Part shown: positions 28,540-37,232 of the stretch, piece after piece | How positions within the stretch are numbered: the stretch's first letter is position 1 | Layout: the number at the start of each line of letters is the position of its first letter | Source of the DNA: Spirochaetia bacterium | GTDB taxonomy: Bacteria > Spirochaetota > Spirochaetia > SZUA-6 > Bin103 | DNA length: 64,000 nucleotides | Direction: 5' to 3' | NCBI GenBank assembly: GCA_965203905.1 | Contig: CBDBDQ010000005.1 | Span: forward strand, 6,048,001-6,112,000 | Notes under the pieces: generated by a model | Databases searched by the model: none | Seen by the model: the letters and a program-made list of their open reading frames with translations, nothing else | What the model was told of the DNA's origin: nothing | Translations under genes and position numbers: made by a program

Positions 28540-30312
28540 CTACACCACTGTGTCGCAATACACCATCTCCCAGCCGTGGAACACCACCGCCAGGCCCGTG
28601 AACCGCACCACCGGGAACTGCCGCGCCAGGCGCTCGTCCGCCAGGTAGCGCTCCAACTGAGCGCTCGCCGCGGCGGCCACCGCCGCCACTCGTCCCGGCT
28701 CCACCGACTCGCTCCGGCTCAGGTACTTGAGCTCGATCAGATAGCCGCGCCGCAGGTGCGGATAGCGCGCCACCAGCGGCTCCAGGGCAATGTCCGCGTG
28801 CCCCTTTCCCAGCTCCGCCTCCGAGCGGAACACGTAGTAGTCTGCGACGCTCAAGTAGGCGGCCAGGAATCCCAGCGCCCCGGCACGGGGCGCCATGACC
28901 TTCTCCCCGCCGATGTAATCCCGTATCCCCGTCTGCGCCGCGATCGCCTCGCTCAGGTACTCCAGCACCGGCCGCCACTCGCCCTCGTTGGCCATCCGCA
29001 GCATCAGTTGCTGGAACCGGTGCAAGTTGACCCTGAACACCCCCACGTCCTTGTAGCCGTCGCGCAGGTAGCCGTACATCAGCCGCTTCACCGTCTGATT
29101 CGGGATCGCCAGCGTCGGCGTCACCCCCTGCACCTCGCGGATGCTCAGCAGCCCGAAGTAGTGCAGCAGCGACAGGAAGTTCTGCGGCTCGGCGATCTCG
29201 TGCTGCGGAAAGCCGGGCTGGATGTCGCTGTCCACCCGCTCCTCACCGATGACGTCGCGCAGCAGGTCGAAGTTGCCGTTGAGCTGCCGCCCCACCACCA
29301 GCAGGTGGCGCAGCTTGCCGTAGTCGATGCGCACGTTGGTGTCGATCAGGTACTTCGGCACGCGTCGGTTCGGGATCGATTGGTCCAGGTAGTAGAGCAC
29401 CATGTCGGTGTTGTAGAGATCGGTCTCGGCCTCTTCCGCGAACCGGTAGCCGTTGTACCACTCGCCCATGATGCCCATGGCGGTGTCGACGCCCTGATTG
29501 AACACGCCGCAATCCCGGTACGTCTCGACCAGGCGCCGCACCTCCGGCTCGGTGAAGCCGACCATCTCGTTGAAGTCGGGGTGCAGGCTGATGTTCTTGC
29601 CGATGTTGAAGCCGCTGGTGACGTCGTCCATGGTCACCGGCGACACCCCGGTGATGAACAGGCGATCGATGCCGCCCCCGGTGCGGTCGGTACCGCCCTT
29701 GAGAGTGGCGAAAAAGTTGCGGTAGAAGCCGCCACCGTGGGTGAACGAGTGATACGCTTCCGCACCGTGGTGCGCCAGCACCGTGTTGGCGAAGTTGTCG
29801 TACTCGTCGATCAGGACGTACAGCGGAATGTCATGGTCGCCCGTATACCGGAACAACTCGGCTAGCTTGGTGGCGATGGACGGCGGCGCCAGGATGTCCT
29901 GCACCGCCGCTTCGGGGAACAGATCGGGATGCCGCCGCAGCGTCCCCCGGAGCTCTATGAAGCAGTAGGTCTCGAACTCCCGCTCCAGGGTTTGCAGCTT
30001 GTCATCGACCATCGAGAAGTTGAAGCGCAGGGTGACGTAGCGGCTCTGTTCCCCAGTCGGCTGGTGCCCGATCTCGGTGCCGGCGAAGGTAGCGTCGAAG
30101 TCATCCGCCCAGAAGCGGTCGTAGTAGTTCTCCAGCAGCGACACCCACAGGGTCTTGCCGAAGCGGCGCGGGCGGATCAGAAACGCGTAGCGCTCCTCCT
30201 CCAGGCGCCGCAGGAAGCGGGTCTTGTCGACGTACAGCCAGCGGTTCAGGCGGATGCGCTGGAAGTCGGCCTCGCCGTAAGGAATGCGCGGGTGAGCGGG
30301 CACCGTGTCCAT
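28540..30312 (-). CDS. AAA-ATPase-like protein with C-terminal PD-(D/E)XK nuclease domain
   Basis: IPYG, YVDKT, RPRRFGKT, LIDEYD, WYNGY and SE...G.ADI...LIELK. Confidence 0.9.
   Translation of the reverse strand: MDTVPAHPRIPYGEADFQRIRLNRWLYVDKTRFLRRLEEERYAFLIRPRRFGKTLWVSLLENYYDRFWADDFDATFAGTEIGHQPTGEQSRYVTLRFNFSMVDDKLQTLEREFETYCFIELRGTLRRHPDLFPEAAVQDILAPPSIATKLAELFRYTGDHDIPLYVLIDEYDNFANTVLAHHGAEAYHSFTHGGGFYRNFFATLKGGTDRTGGGIDRLFITGVSPVTMDDVTSGFNIGKNISLHPDFNEMVGFTEPEVRRLVETYRDCGVFNQGVDTAMGIMGEWYNGYRFAEEAETDLYNTDMVLYYLDQSIPNRRVPKYLIDTNVRIDYGKLRHLLVVGRQLNGNFDLLRDVIGEERVDSDIQPGFPQHEIAEPQNFLSLLHYFGLLSIREVQGVTPTLAIPNQTVKRLMYGYLRDGYKDVGVFRVNLHRFQQLMLRMANEGEWRPVLEYLSEAIAAQTGIRDYIGGEKVMAPRAGALGFLAAYLSVADYYVFRSEAELGKGHADIALEPLVARYPHLRRGYLIELKYLSRSESVEPGRVAAVAAAASAQLERYLADERLARQFPVVRFTGLAVVFHGWEMVYCDTVV
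28875..28893. repeat. Perfect mini-hairpin inside the CDS (GCGCCCCG-GCA-CGGGGCGC)
   Basis: 8-bp stem and 3-nt loop; encodes APRAGA in frame. Confidence 0.7.
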
Positions 30313-30628
30313 TGCCGTGTCGATTGCCGGGCAGTTACCGTGCGTGACTGGTCCGAAAATGGCGGCCACCGCGGCTTGCCCTTCCGTGTCACGGAGTGAC
30401 CGTACTGACTCTATCGCTTTCGCGCCGACCCCTCAACGCTCGTTCGAGCTCGCTCGCACCTGCGATCCCGGGAGCGCTGGCGGTCACGCAGTGCGCCACC
30501 GGTTCGCTGCGGCGCGAACCGCCCGGCTGTCGGTCAGGTCCGGTGGCGAATTGGCGTTCAGTGCGCGGTCCTGCGCGCGTCGCACTCGCTCGTCGACCAC
30601 GCGAGGGTGGCCTGATATGGTGGTGTGC

Positions 30629-31855
30629 GTGGAGGAGTGGCAACCGTCGATACCGAGCGCGCTGCCGCGGGAGCTCGGCTTTGCGGCGGACCTGGGCGAC
30701 CGGATCGGCGCCGCGGTACAGGGGTTCGTCGACGGCCGGCAGCTTGCCGGGGCGGTGGTGGTGGTAGCCCGGCGCGGGGCGCTGGCCCATCTCGAGGCGT
30801 GCGGCATGGCCGACATCGGGGCCGGCAGGATAATGCGCGCGGACACCATCTTCCGCATCTACTCGATGACCAAGGCGGTGGGCAGCGTGGCGGTGATGAT
30901 GCTGTACGACGAGGGCAGGCTGCAGCTCGACGTCCCCGCCGCGGAGTACCTGCCCTCGCTGCAGGGACTCATGGTGGCGCCCGGCGCGGCCGCCGGAGAC
31001 TCCGCTCCGGTCCCTGCCCGCCGCGACATCAAGGTCCGCGACCTGCTGTGCCACACCGCCGGCATGCCCGGCCCCCTGGTCATCGACCGGGTGCTCCAGG
31101 ACAACGGCCTGCCGCCCATAGGGCGCTGCAGCCTGCAACAGATCGTCGACCACCTGGGCCAGGTGCCGCTGCTCCACCAGCCGGGCACGGAGTGGCGCTA
31201 CAGCTTCGCGGCGGACGTGCTGGGACGGCTGGTGGAAGTGGTGTCCGGCCTCCCGTTCGACCGCTTCCTGGCCGAGCGCATCTTCCAGCCGCTGGGCATG
31301 CGGGACACCGCATTTTTTTGTCCCCCGGAGCGGGCCCATCGTCTCGCGGCCATGTACGGACCCGATCCGAGTGGCGGGCTGCGAGAGGTCGACTCCCCGC
31401 AGGGCGGCACCGTTACCCCGTTCAGCTTCCTGGAGCCGCCGCCTTTCCTCTCCAACGGCGGCGGTCTGGTCGCCACCGGCGGCGACTACCTGCGCTTCTG
31501 CCTGATGCTGGCGGGTGGCGGCGCCTTCGGCGGCGTGCGGCTGCTGCAGCCCGAAACCGTGGCCATGATGACCCGCAACCACCTCCCGCCCGAGCTGATC
31601 CCGATCCGCAAGCAGCCGCAGGAGCGCTACGACGGGCTCGGATTCGGGCTCGGCGTCTCGGTCCGGGTGCAGCCGTCCGCCTTCGTGCCGGCGGCGCAGG
31701 TCGGCGAGTACGGCTGGATCGGCGGCGCCAGCACCGAGTTCTGGATCTCCCCGGCGAGTGACCTGACCGTCATCGTCCTGACCCAGTGCATGCCCTTCTC
31801 CCCGCTCAGCCGGGTGATCAAGGGGATCGTCTACGAAGCCCTGGAGCAGGAGTAA
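30629..31855 (+). CDS. Serine hydrolase (beta-lactamase class C / EstB-like)
   Basis: YSMTK (SxxK), LLCHTAG, PGTEWRYS and YGWIGG; start inferred from TATGGT 7 nt upstream. Confidence 0.88.
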   Translation: MEEWQPSIPSALPRELGFAADLGDRIGAAVQGFVDGRQLAGAVVVVARRGALAHLEACGMADIGAGRIMRADTIFRIYSMTKAVGSVAVMMLYDEGRLQLDVPAAEYLPSLQGLMVAPGAAAGDSAPVPARRDIKVRDLLCHTAGMPGPLVIDRVLQDNGLPPIGRCSLQQIVDHLGQVPLLHQPGTEWRYSFAADVLGRLVEVVSGLPFDRFLAERIFQPLGMRDTAFFCPPERAHRLAAMYGPDPSGGLREVDSPQGGTVTPFSFLEPPPFLSNGGGLVATGGDYLRFCLMLAGGGAFGGVRLLQPETVAMMTRNHLPPELIPIRKQPQERYDGLGFGLGVSVRVQPSAFVPAAQVGEYGWIGGASTEFWISPASDLTVIVLTQCMPFSPLSRVIKGIVYEALEQE

Positions 31856-31863
31856 CACCGATC

Positions 31864-33420
31864 ATGCCGCAGCGTGCAGCCGAGCGTCCCAACATCGTGC
31901 TGATCATGGCCGACGACCTGGGCTTCAGCGACCTCGGCTGTTACGGTGGCGAGATCGCCACCCCGAACCTGGACCGGCTGGCCGCCGGCGGACTGCGCTT
32001 CACCCACTTCTACAACAACGCCGTGTGCGTCGCCACCCGCGCCTCGCTGCTCACCGGCAAGTACTGCCACAAGGTGGGCCTGGGACACCTCGGGGGCCGC
32101 CTGTGCGCCGGCCGCAACAACGTCACCTTCGCCGAGTTGCTGCGCGACGACGGCTACCGCACCCTGATGTCCGGCAAGTGGCACAGCGGCCACGGCCCGG
32201 GCGAGTTGCCGGTGCAGCGCGGCTTCGACCGTTACTGGGGGCTGGTCGACGGCGGCAGCAACTACTTCAACCCCGGCCTGCGGCGGCCCGGCGAGCCGGA
32301 GCCGGTGCACAAGGCTCCCGGCGACTGCCGCTTCTGGGGCGACGACGAACGCCTGATCAAGCCGTTCACCCCGGAGGATCCCGACTTCTATATCACCGAT
32401 TCCTTCAGTGAGCGCGCGGTGGCGTTTCTCGACCGCTACGGGGCCGACGAGCGGCCGTTCCTGCTGTACCTGGCCTACACCGCCCCCCACTTCCCGCTGC
32501 ACGCCCCACCCGACGACATCGCCCGCTACCAGGGCCGCTACCTGACCGGCTGGGACGAGGTGCGGCGGCGGCGCTACCGGCGCCTGCTCGAACTGGGCCT
32601 CGTGCAGCCGCACTGGGGAATCTCCGAACGAGACGCGATCTGCGAGAGCTGGGAGCAGGCTGAGAACAAACCGCGCTGGGACCGCAAGATGGCGGTCTAC
32701 GCGGCGATGGTGGAGCGCATGGACCGCGGCATCGGCCGCGTGCTCGACAAGCTGCGGGAGCTGGACGCGGAGGAGAACACCCTGGTGCTGTTCCTGTCCG
32801 ACAACGGCGGTTGCGGCGAGCACATCGACAACACGCCGGATCGCGATCCGGGCAGCGTGGACACCTACACCACCGTCGACGCGCCGTGGGCCAATGCCAG
32901 CAACACCCCGTTCCGCAAGTACAAGGTGTTCGACCACGAGGGCGGCATTGCGACCCCGCTGATCGCCTCCTGGCCGCGCGTCATCCGCCCCGGCACCATC
33001 ACCCACCAGATCGGCCACGTCATCGACTTCCTGCCCACCTTCGCGGAGCTGGCCGGAGCGGCCTACCCGACCCGCTTCGGCGGCCAGCCGGTCACTCCGT
33101 CCGACGGCAGGAGCCTGGCCCCGATTCTGCGCGGCGAGCGGCGCGAGCCCCATCCCGCCCTGTTCTGGGAGTTGAGAGGCTGCCGGGCAGTGCGCCGCGG
33201 CCGCTGGAAGGCGGTGAGCCTGGGGCCCGAGCGCTGGCACACCGGCCACCGGATACCCCCCGGCTGCGACGGCTGGGAGCTGTACGACATGGAGTCGGAC
33301 CGCTGCGAGCTCCACGACCGGGCGCGCGAGCACCCCGGCATCGTGCAGGAGCTGGACCGGGTCTGGCACGACTGGTTCGCGGCCTGCCGCGACGAGAAAG
33401 AGCGCGCAACAGCCGGATGA
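31864..33420 (+). CDS. Arylsulfatase (Cys-type)
   Basis: PNIVLIMADDLG, CVATRASLLTG, GKWH, APHFP and SDNG. Confidence 0.93.
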   Translation: MPQRAAERPNIVLIMADDLGFSDLGCYGGEIATPNLDRLAAGGLRFTHFYNNAVCVATRASLLTGKYCHKVGLGHLGGRLCAGRNNVTFAELLRDDGYRTLMSGKWHSGHGPGELPVQRGFDRYWGLVDGGSNYFNPGLRRPGEPEPVHKAPGDCRFWGDDERLIKPFTPEDPDFYITDSFSERAVAFLDRYGADERPFLLYLAYTAPHFPLHAPPDDIARYQGRYLTGWDEVRRRRYRRLLELGLVQPHWGISERDAICESWEQAENKPRWDRKMAVYAAMVERMDRGIGRVLDKLRELDAEENTLVLFLSDNGGCGEHIDNTPDRDPGSVDTYTTVDAPWANASNTPFRKYKVFDHEGGIATPLIASWPRVIRPGTITHQIGHVIDFLPTFAELAGAAYPTRFGGQPVTPSDGRSLAPILRGERREPHPALFWELRGCRAVRRGRWKAVSLGPERWHTGHRIPPGCDGWELYDMESDRCELHDRAREHPGIVQELDRVWHDWFAACRDEKERATAG

Positions 33421-33427
33421 ACCGGGG

Positions 33428-35038
33428 TCATTCCAGTGGTTCCGGCTGCAGCACCAGGGTCTGATTCGGCGCCAGGTCGCGGCGCTCCGTGACGCGGCCG
33501 TCGGCCCAGGTGACGCGCAGCAGGTCGACCGTGGCGGCGGCTCCCAGCCCGAAGTGGGCGGACAGCTCGGGGACCCCGCTGTAGGTGCTGCCGCCGTGGA
33601 TGACGCGGTACTGCCAGCGGCCGCCGGCCTGCAGCGCTACCCGGGTGCCGAAGCCGTGCGGCGCCAGGTGCGGCGCGCCGCGGGTATCGGCGAACACCCG
33701 CAGCCAGTTGGTCCCCGGACCTGACAGGTCGTTGCGGTAGAGGCTGACCGGCCCCTGCTGGTTCACGAACAGCAGGTCCTGGTCGCCGTCGTTGTCGTAG
33801 TCGAAGTGCATCAGGCCACGGCCCTGCTTGCGGTGCACCAGGCCCACCTCGAAGGTGGCGTGATGGAAGCTGAGGCCGCCGCGGTTGAGGAACACGTGGC
33901 TGGGCTCGCTGATCCACTCCAGCATGCCCTCCGGGTTGGGCTTCTCCCAGCCGTTGGTAGCCACCAGGTCGAGCAGGCCGTCGTGGTCCAGGTCCACCGC
34001 CACGGCACCCCAGCCCCAGCCGCCGTTGTTCACCCCGGCGGCTTCCGAACGCTCGCGGTAGCGGTGCCCCCCCTGGTTGACGTACAGCATGTTGCCGTTG
34101 TCCTTGCTCACCGAGCCGCCGTCGGCGTAGACCGAGGTGAGGTACCAGTCGAGCAGGCCGTCGTTGTCGAGGTCGCCGATGGCGCTGCCCATGCCATTGG
34201 CCGCGCGGTCGGTGCCGGACGCCTCCGTGGCGTCGACGAACGCGCCGGGGGCGTCGTGACTGCCGGCGCCGCCGTTGCGCAGGTAGCGGCTGGTGCCGAA
34301 GTCGGCCGCGATCAGCAGCTCCGGGTAGCGGTCGCCGTCCATGTCCACGAATGCCGGCGCGAAGGCCCAGATCGCGAGGTCGGCGGCGATGGTCGCGGTG
34401 GCGTCGGCGAAGCGCGGCGGCTCGCGGCCGAGGTTGCGATAGAGCCGGTTGCCCTGCGGCTCGGCGTAGGCGGTGACGAACAGGTCGAGGTCGCCGTCGC
34501 GGTCGTAGTCGCCGAAGGCGGCACCCATGGCGTCGGGCCAGTCGATGAGCGGTCCGGCCACCCCGGCGTCGGCGGCGACGTCGCGGAACACCGGTACCCC
34601 GTCGTCCTCCGCGGTCCCGGCGTTGTGATACAGGCGGTGCTGCCTGATCCGCGTTGGTCCGTCCGCCGGCCCCAGGCTGGTCACGAACAGGTCCAGCCAG
34701 CCGTTGCGGTCGTAGTCGCCCACCGCCGCCGCGATGCCGCGGTGGTACGCCGCCAGGCCGGCCGCCGCGGCGTGGTCGCTGAAGGTGCCGTCGCCGTTGT
34801 TCAGGTACAGCGCATCCGGCGCCCCCCCGCCGCCCAGCAGGAACAGGTCCTGCCAGCCGTCGCGATTGAAGTCCCCCACCGTGGCGCCGCCGGTCATGTT
34901 GGCGAAGGGGAATGCCAGCGGCTCGCGCGGCGCCACCAGGCCCGCGCCCACGGTCGCCTCCTGAAACGCAAGCTCGGCCCACGCGCCGGCGGCCGCGAGG
35001 CCCAGAACCAGGCCCAGCCGCGCGGCCCGCCGGGTCAC
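33428..35038 (-). CDS. Secreted CRTAC1 / FG-GAP-repeat protein with ASPIC/UnbV domain
   Basis: Signal peptide, about 7 DxDxDGxxDL repeats and C-terminal HFGLG; GTGA overlap with the permease stop. Confidence 0.9.
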   Translation of the reverse strand: MTRRAARLGLVLGLAAAGAWAELAFQEATVGAGLVAPREPLAFPFANMTGGATVGDFNRDGWQDLFLLGGGGAPDALYLNNGDGTFSDHAAAAGLAAYHRGIAAAVGDYDRNGWLDLFVTSLGPADGPTRIRQHRLYHNAGTAEDDGVPVFRDVAADAGVAGPLIDWPDAMGAAFGDYDRDGDLDLFVTAYAEPQGNRLYRNLGREPPRFADATATIAADLAIWAFAPAFVDMDGDRYPELLIAADFGTSRYLRNGGAGSHDAPGAFVDATEASGTDRAANGMGSAIGDLDNDGLLDWYLTSVYADGGSVSKDNGNMLYVNQGGHRYRERSEAAGVNNGGWGWGAVAVDLDHDGLLDLVATNGWEKPNPEGMLEWISEPSHVFLNRGGLSFHHATFEVGLVHRKQGRGLMHFDYDNDGDQDLLFVNQQGPVSLYRNDLSGPGTNWLRVFADTRGAPHLAPHGFGTRVALQAGGRWQYRVIHGGSTYSGVPELSAHFGLGAAATVDLLRVTWADGRVTERRDLAPNQTLVLQPEPLE

Positions 35039-36162
35039 TGCTGCTTGTAGGGATCGGCCGCGTCGCGCAGTCCGTCGCCCAGGAAGTTGAACGCCATCAC
35101 GGTGGCGATCACGAACAGGCCGGGGATCATGAACCACGGGAACACCACCACGCTGCGCACGTTCTGTGCCCGCTGCAGCAGCACTCCCCAGCTCACCGCC
35201 GGCGCCCGCAGTCCCAGGCCGAGGAAGCTCAGCGCGGTCTCGGCGAGCACGATCTCGGGAATCGCCAGGGTCAGGTGCACGATCAGGTAGCTGGCGAACG
35301 ACGGCAGCATGTGGCGCGCGATGATCGCCCCCTCGCGCATGCCCGCGATGCGCGCCGCCATGGTGAAGTCATGCTCGCGCAGCTCCAGCAGCTTGCCACG
35401 CACCACCCGCGCCAGCGAGCCCCAGCGTACCAGGGAGAGGATGACGACGATCCCGAAGTACACCTGCAGCACCGACCACTCGCGTGGCAGGGCGGCGGCC
35501 AGCGCCATCCACAGCGGGATGGTGGGGATCGAGATGATGAACTCGATCACGCGCTGGATGAAGGTATCGACTCCGCCGCCGAAAAACCCCGAGATACCGC
35601 CCAGGGTGAGGCCGATGGCGAAGGAGAGCAACACCCCCACCAGCCCGATGGAGAGGGAGATGCGCGCGGCGCAGATGGTGCGCGAGAACAGGTCGCGCCC
35701 CAGGCTCTCGGTGCCGAACAGGAAGACCCCGGCCGGTCGCTCGACGCCGAACAGGCGGACGTTGGACCGAACCAGGCCGAGCACCTTGTACTCCTCGCCC
35801 GGGATGAACAGCCGGATCGGATAGCGCACGTCGGTGAGCTCGGTGAAAGTGGACTCGAAGGTCTCCAGGTCCAGCGACGCCTCGGTCTGGTACACGTAGG
35901 GCCGTACCAGGCGGCCCTCGTGCAGGAAGCGGATGCGCGACGGCGGATGGTTCTGCAGGCCCTGGAACCGCTCGGTGATGCCGTACGGCGTCACGAACTC
36001 GCAGAACAGCGCCATCAGGTAGAACAACGCCAGCACCGCCCCACCCGCGATCGCCATGTGGTGGCGGCGGAACTTCTGCCACATGAGGGTCCACTGTGAG
36101 GCCAGGTAGTAGCGCTCCTGCGCCGCGTCCAGCCGCTCGCCGCGATAGGTCGCGTCGGACAC
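35035..36162 (-). CDS. Peptide/nickel-type ABC permease (OppC/DppC-like)
   Basis: FGTESLGRDLFSR, LARVVRG and ETALSFLGLG. Confidence 0.92.
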   Translation of the reverse strand: MSDATYRGERLDAAQERYYLASQWTLMWQKFRRHHMAIAGGAVLALFYLMALFCEFVTPYGITERFQGLQNHPPSRIRFLHEGRLVRPYVYQTEASLDLETFESTFTELTDVRYPIRLFIPGEEYKVLGLVRSNVRLFGVERPAGVFLFGTESLGRDLFSRTICAARISLSIGLVGVLLSFAIGLTLGGISGFFGGGVDTFIQRVIEFIISIPTIPLWMALAAALPREWSVLQVYFGIVVILSLVRWGSLARVVRGKLLELREHDFTMAARIAGMREGAIIARHMLPSFASYLIVHLTLAIPEIVLAETALSFLGLGLRAPAVSWGVLLQRAQNVRSVVVFPWFMIPGLFVIATVMAFNFLGDGLRDAADPYKQQ

Positions 36163-36166
36163 GACG

Positions 36167-37159
36167 TCAGCTCGTCTGCGCGGAGAGGCGGATCCGCGGG
36201 TCGACCATCACCAGCACGAGGTCCGACAGCAGGGTTCCTATGACGGTGAGGAAGTTCAGGAACAGCAGCAGCGACGACGCCAGGAACATGTCCTGGAACT
36301 GCAGCGCCGTGAACAGCATCGGGCCCACCGTGGGCAGGCCGATCACCAGCGAGGTGATGATCTCGCCGGACACGATCACCGGCAGCAGCCAGCCGATGGT
36401 GCTAATGATCGGGTTGATGGCCACCCGCACCGGGTACTTGAACAGCAGGCTGCCCTCGCGCACTCCCTTGGCGCGCGCCGTGATCACGTACTGCTTCTCC
36501 AGCTCGTCCAGCAGGGTGGCGCGCATCACGCGGATGATGCCGGCGGTGCCCGCGGTGCCGACGATGACGATCGGCAGCGGCAGATGCTTCAGCAGGTCCC
36601 ACACCTTGGCCACGCTCCACGACGCCTTCATGTACTCCGGCGAGAACAGTCCCCCCGGACTCATGCCCAGGGCCAGCAGCGCCATCATCAGGATCAGGGC
36701 GAGCAGGAAATTGGGCGTGGCCAGGCCGATGAAGCCCATGAACGAGAAGAAGTAGTCGCCGATCCTGTACTGGTGGGTGGCGGAGTAGATGCCGATCGGT
36801 ATCGCCATCACGAAGGTGAAGATCAGCGTCGATCCCGACACCAGGGCGGTGAGCGCCAGGCGCTCGCCGATTACCTCCGACACGCGCCGGTTGAGCAGGA
36901 ACGAGAAGCCGAAGTTGCCCTGCAGCACGTTGGAGAACCAGCGCCAGTACTGCACGTAGATCGGCTGATCCAGCCCGTAGTTCTTGCGCATGCCGTCCAG
37001 CATCGCCTGATCCGCCGCCTCGCCGGTCTCGGTAAGCCGGCGGGCGATCGACGAAACCAGGTCACCGGGCGGGAGCTGGATGATGATGAAGGAGACCACG
37101 GTCAGCACCCACAGCAGCAGGATCATGTAGAGGATGCGCCGGATCAGGTATTGGGTCAT
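36167..37159 (-). CDS. Peptide/nickel-type ABC permease (OppB/DppB-like)
   Basis: LPPGD, YGLDQP and YVITARAKG. Confidence 0.92.
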   Translation of the reverse strand: MTQYLIRRILYMILLLWVLTVVSFIIIQLPPGDLVSSIARRLTETGEAADQAMLDGMRKNYGLDQPIYVQYWRWFSNVLQGNFGFSFLLNRRVSEVIGERLALTALVSGSTLIFTFVMAIPIGIYSATHQYRIGDYFFSFMGFIGLATPNFLLALILMMALLALGMSPGGLFSPEYMKASWSVAKVWDLLKHLPLPIVIVGTAGTAGIIRVMRATLLDELEKQYVITARAKGVREGSLLFKYPVRVAINPIISTIGWLLPVIVSGEIITSLVIGLPTVGPMLFTALQFQDMFLASSLLLFLNFLTVIGTLLSDLVLVMVDPRIRLSAQTS

Positions 37160-37167
37160 GTGCGGCC

Positions 37168-37213
37168 AAAAAAGGGGGCCGGCACGGGAAGCGCTTCCAC
37201 GCGGCCGACCCCC
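37168..37213 (-). terminator. Intrinsic terminator-like hairpin between the SBP and permease genes
   Basis: GGGGGTCGGC...CCGGCCCCC stem followed by TTTTTT on the minus strand. Confidence 0.75.
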
Positions 37214-37232
37214 TGATCTGCGAAACTACCGT

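Noticed and set aside
28875-28893. Hairpin resembling the core of a type I-C CRISPR repeat
   Set aside because: Single copy, lacks the GTGGATTGAAAC tail, and there are no spacers or cas genes
30313-30615. 300-nt intergenic region with small hairpins as an ncRNA or riboswitch
   Set aside because: No recognisable conserved motif; an Rfam/Infernal search would be needed
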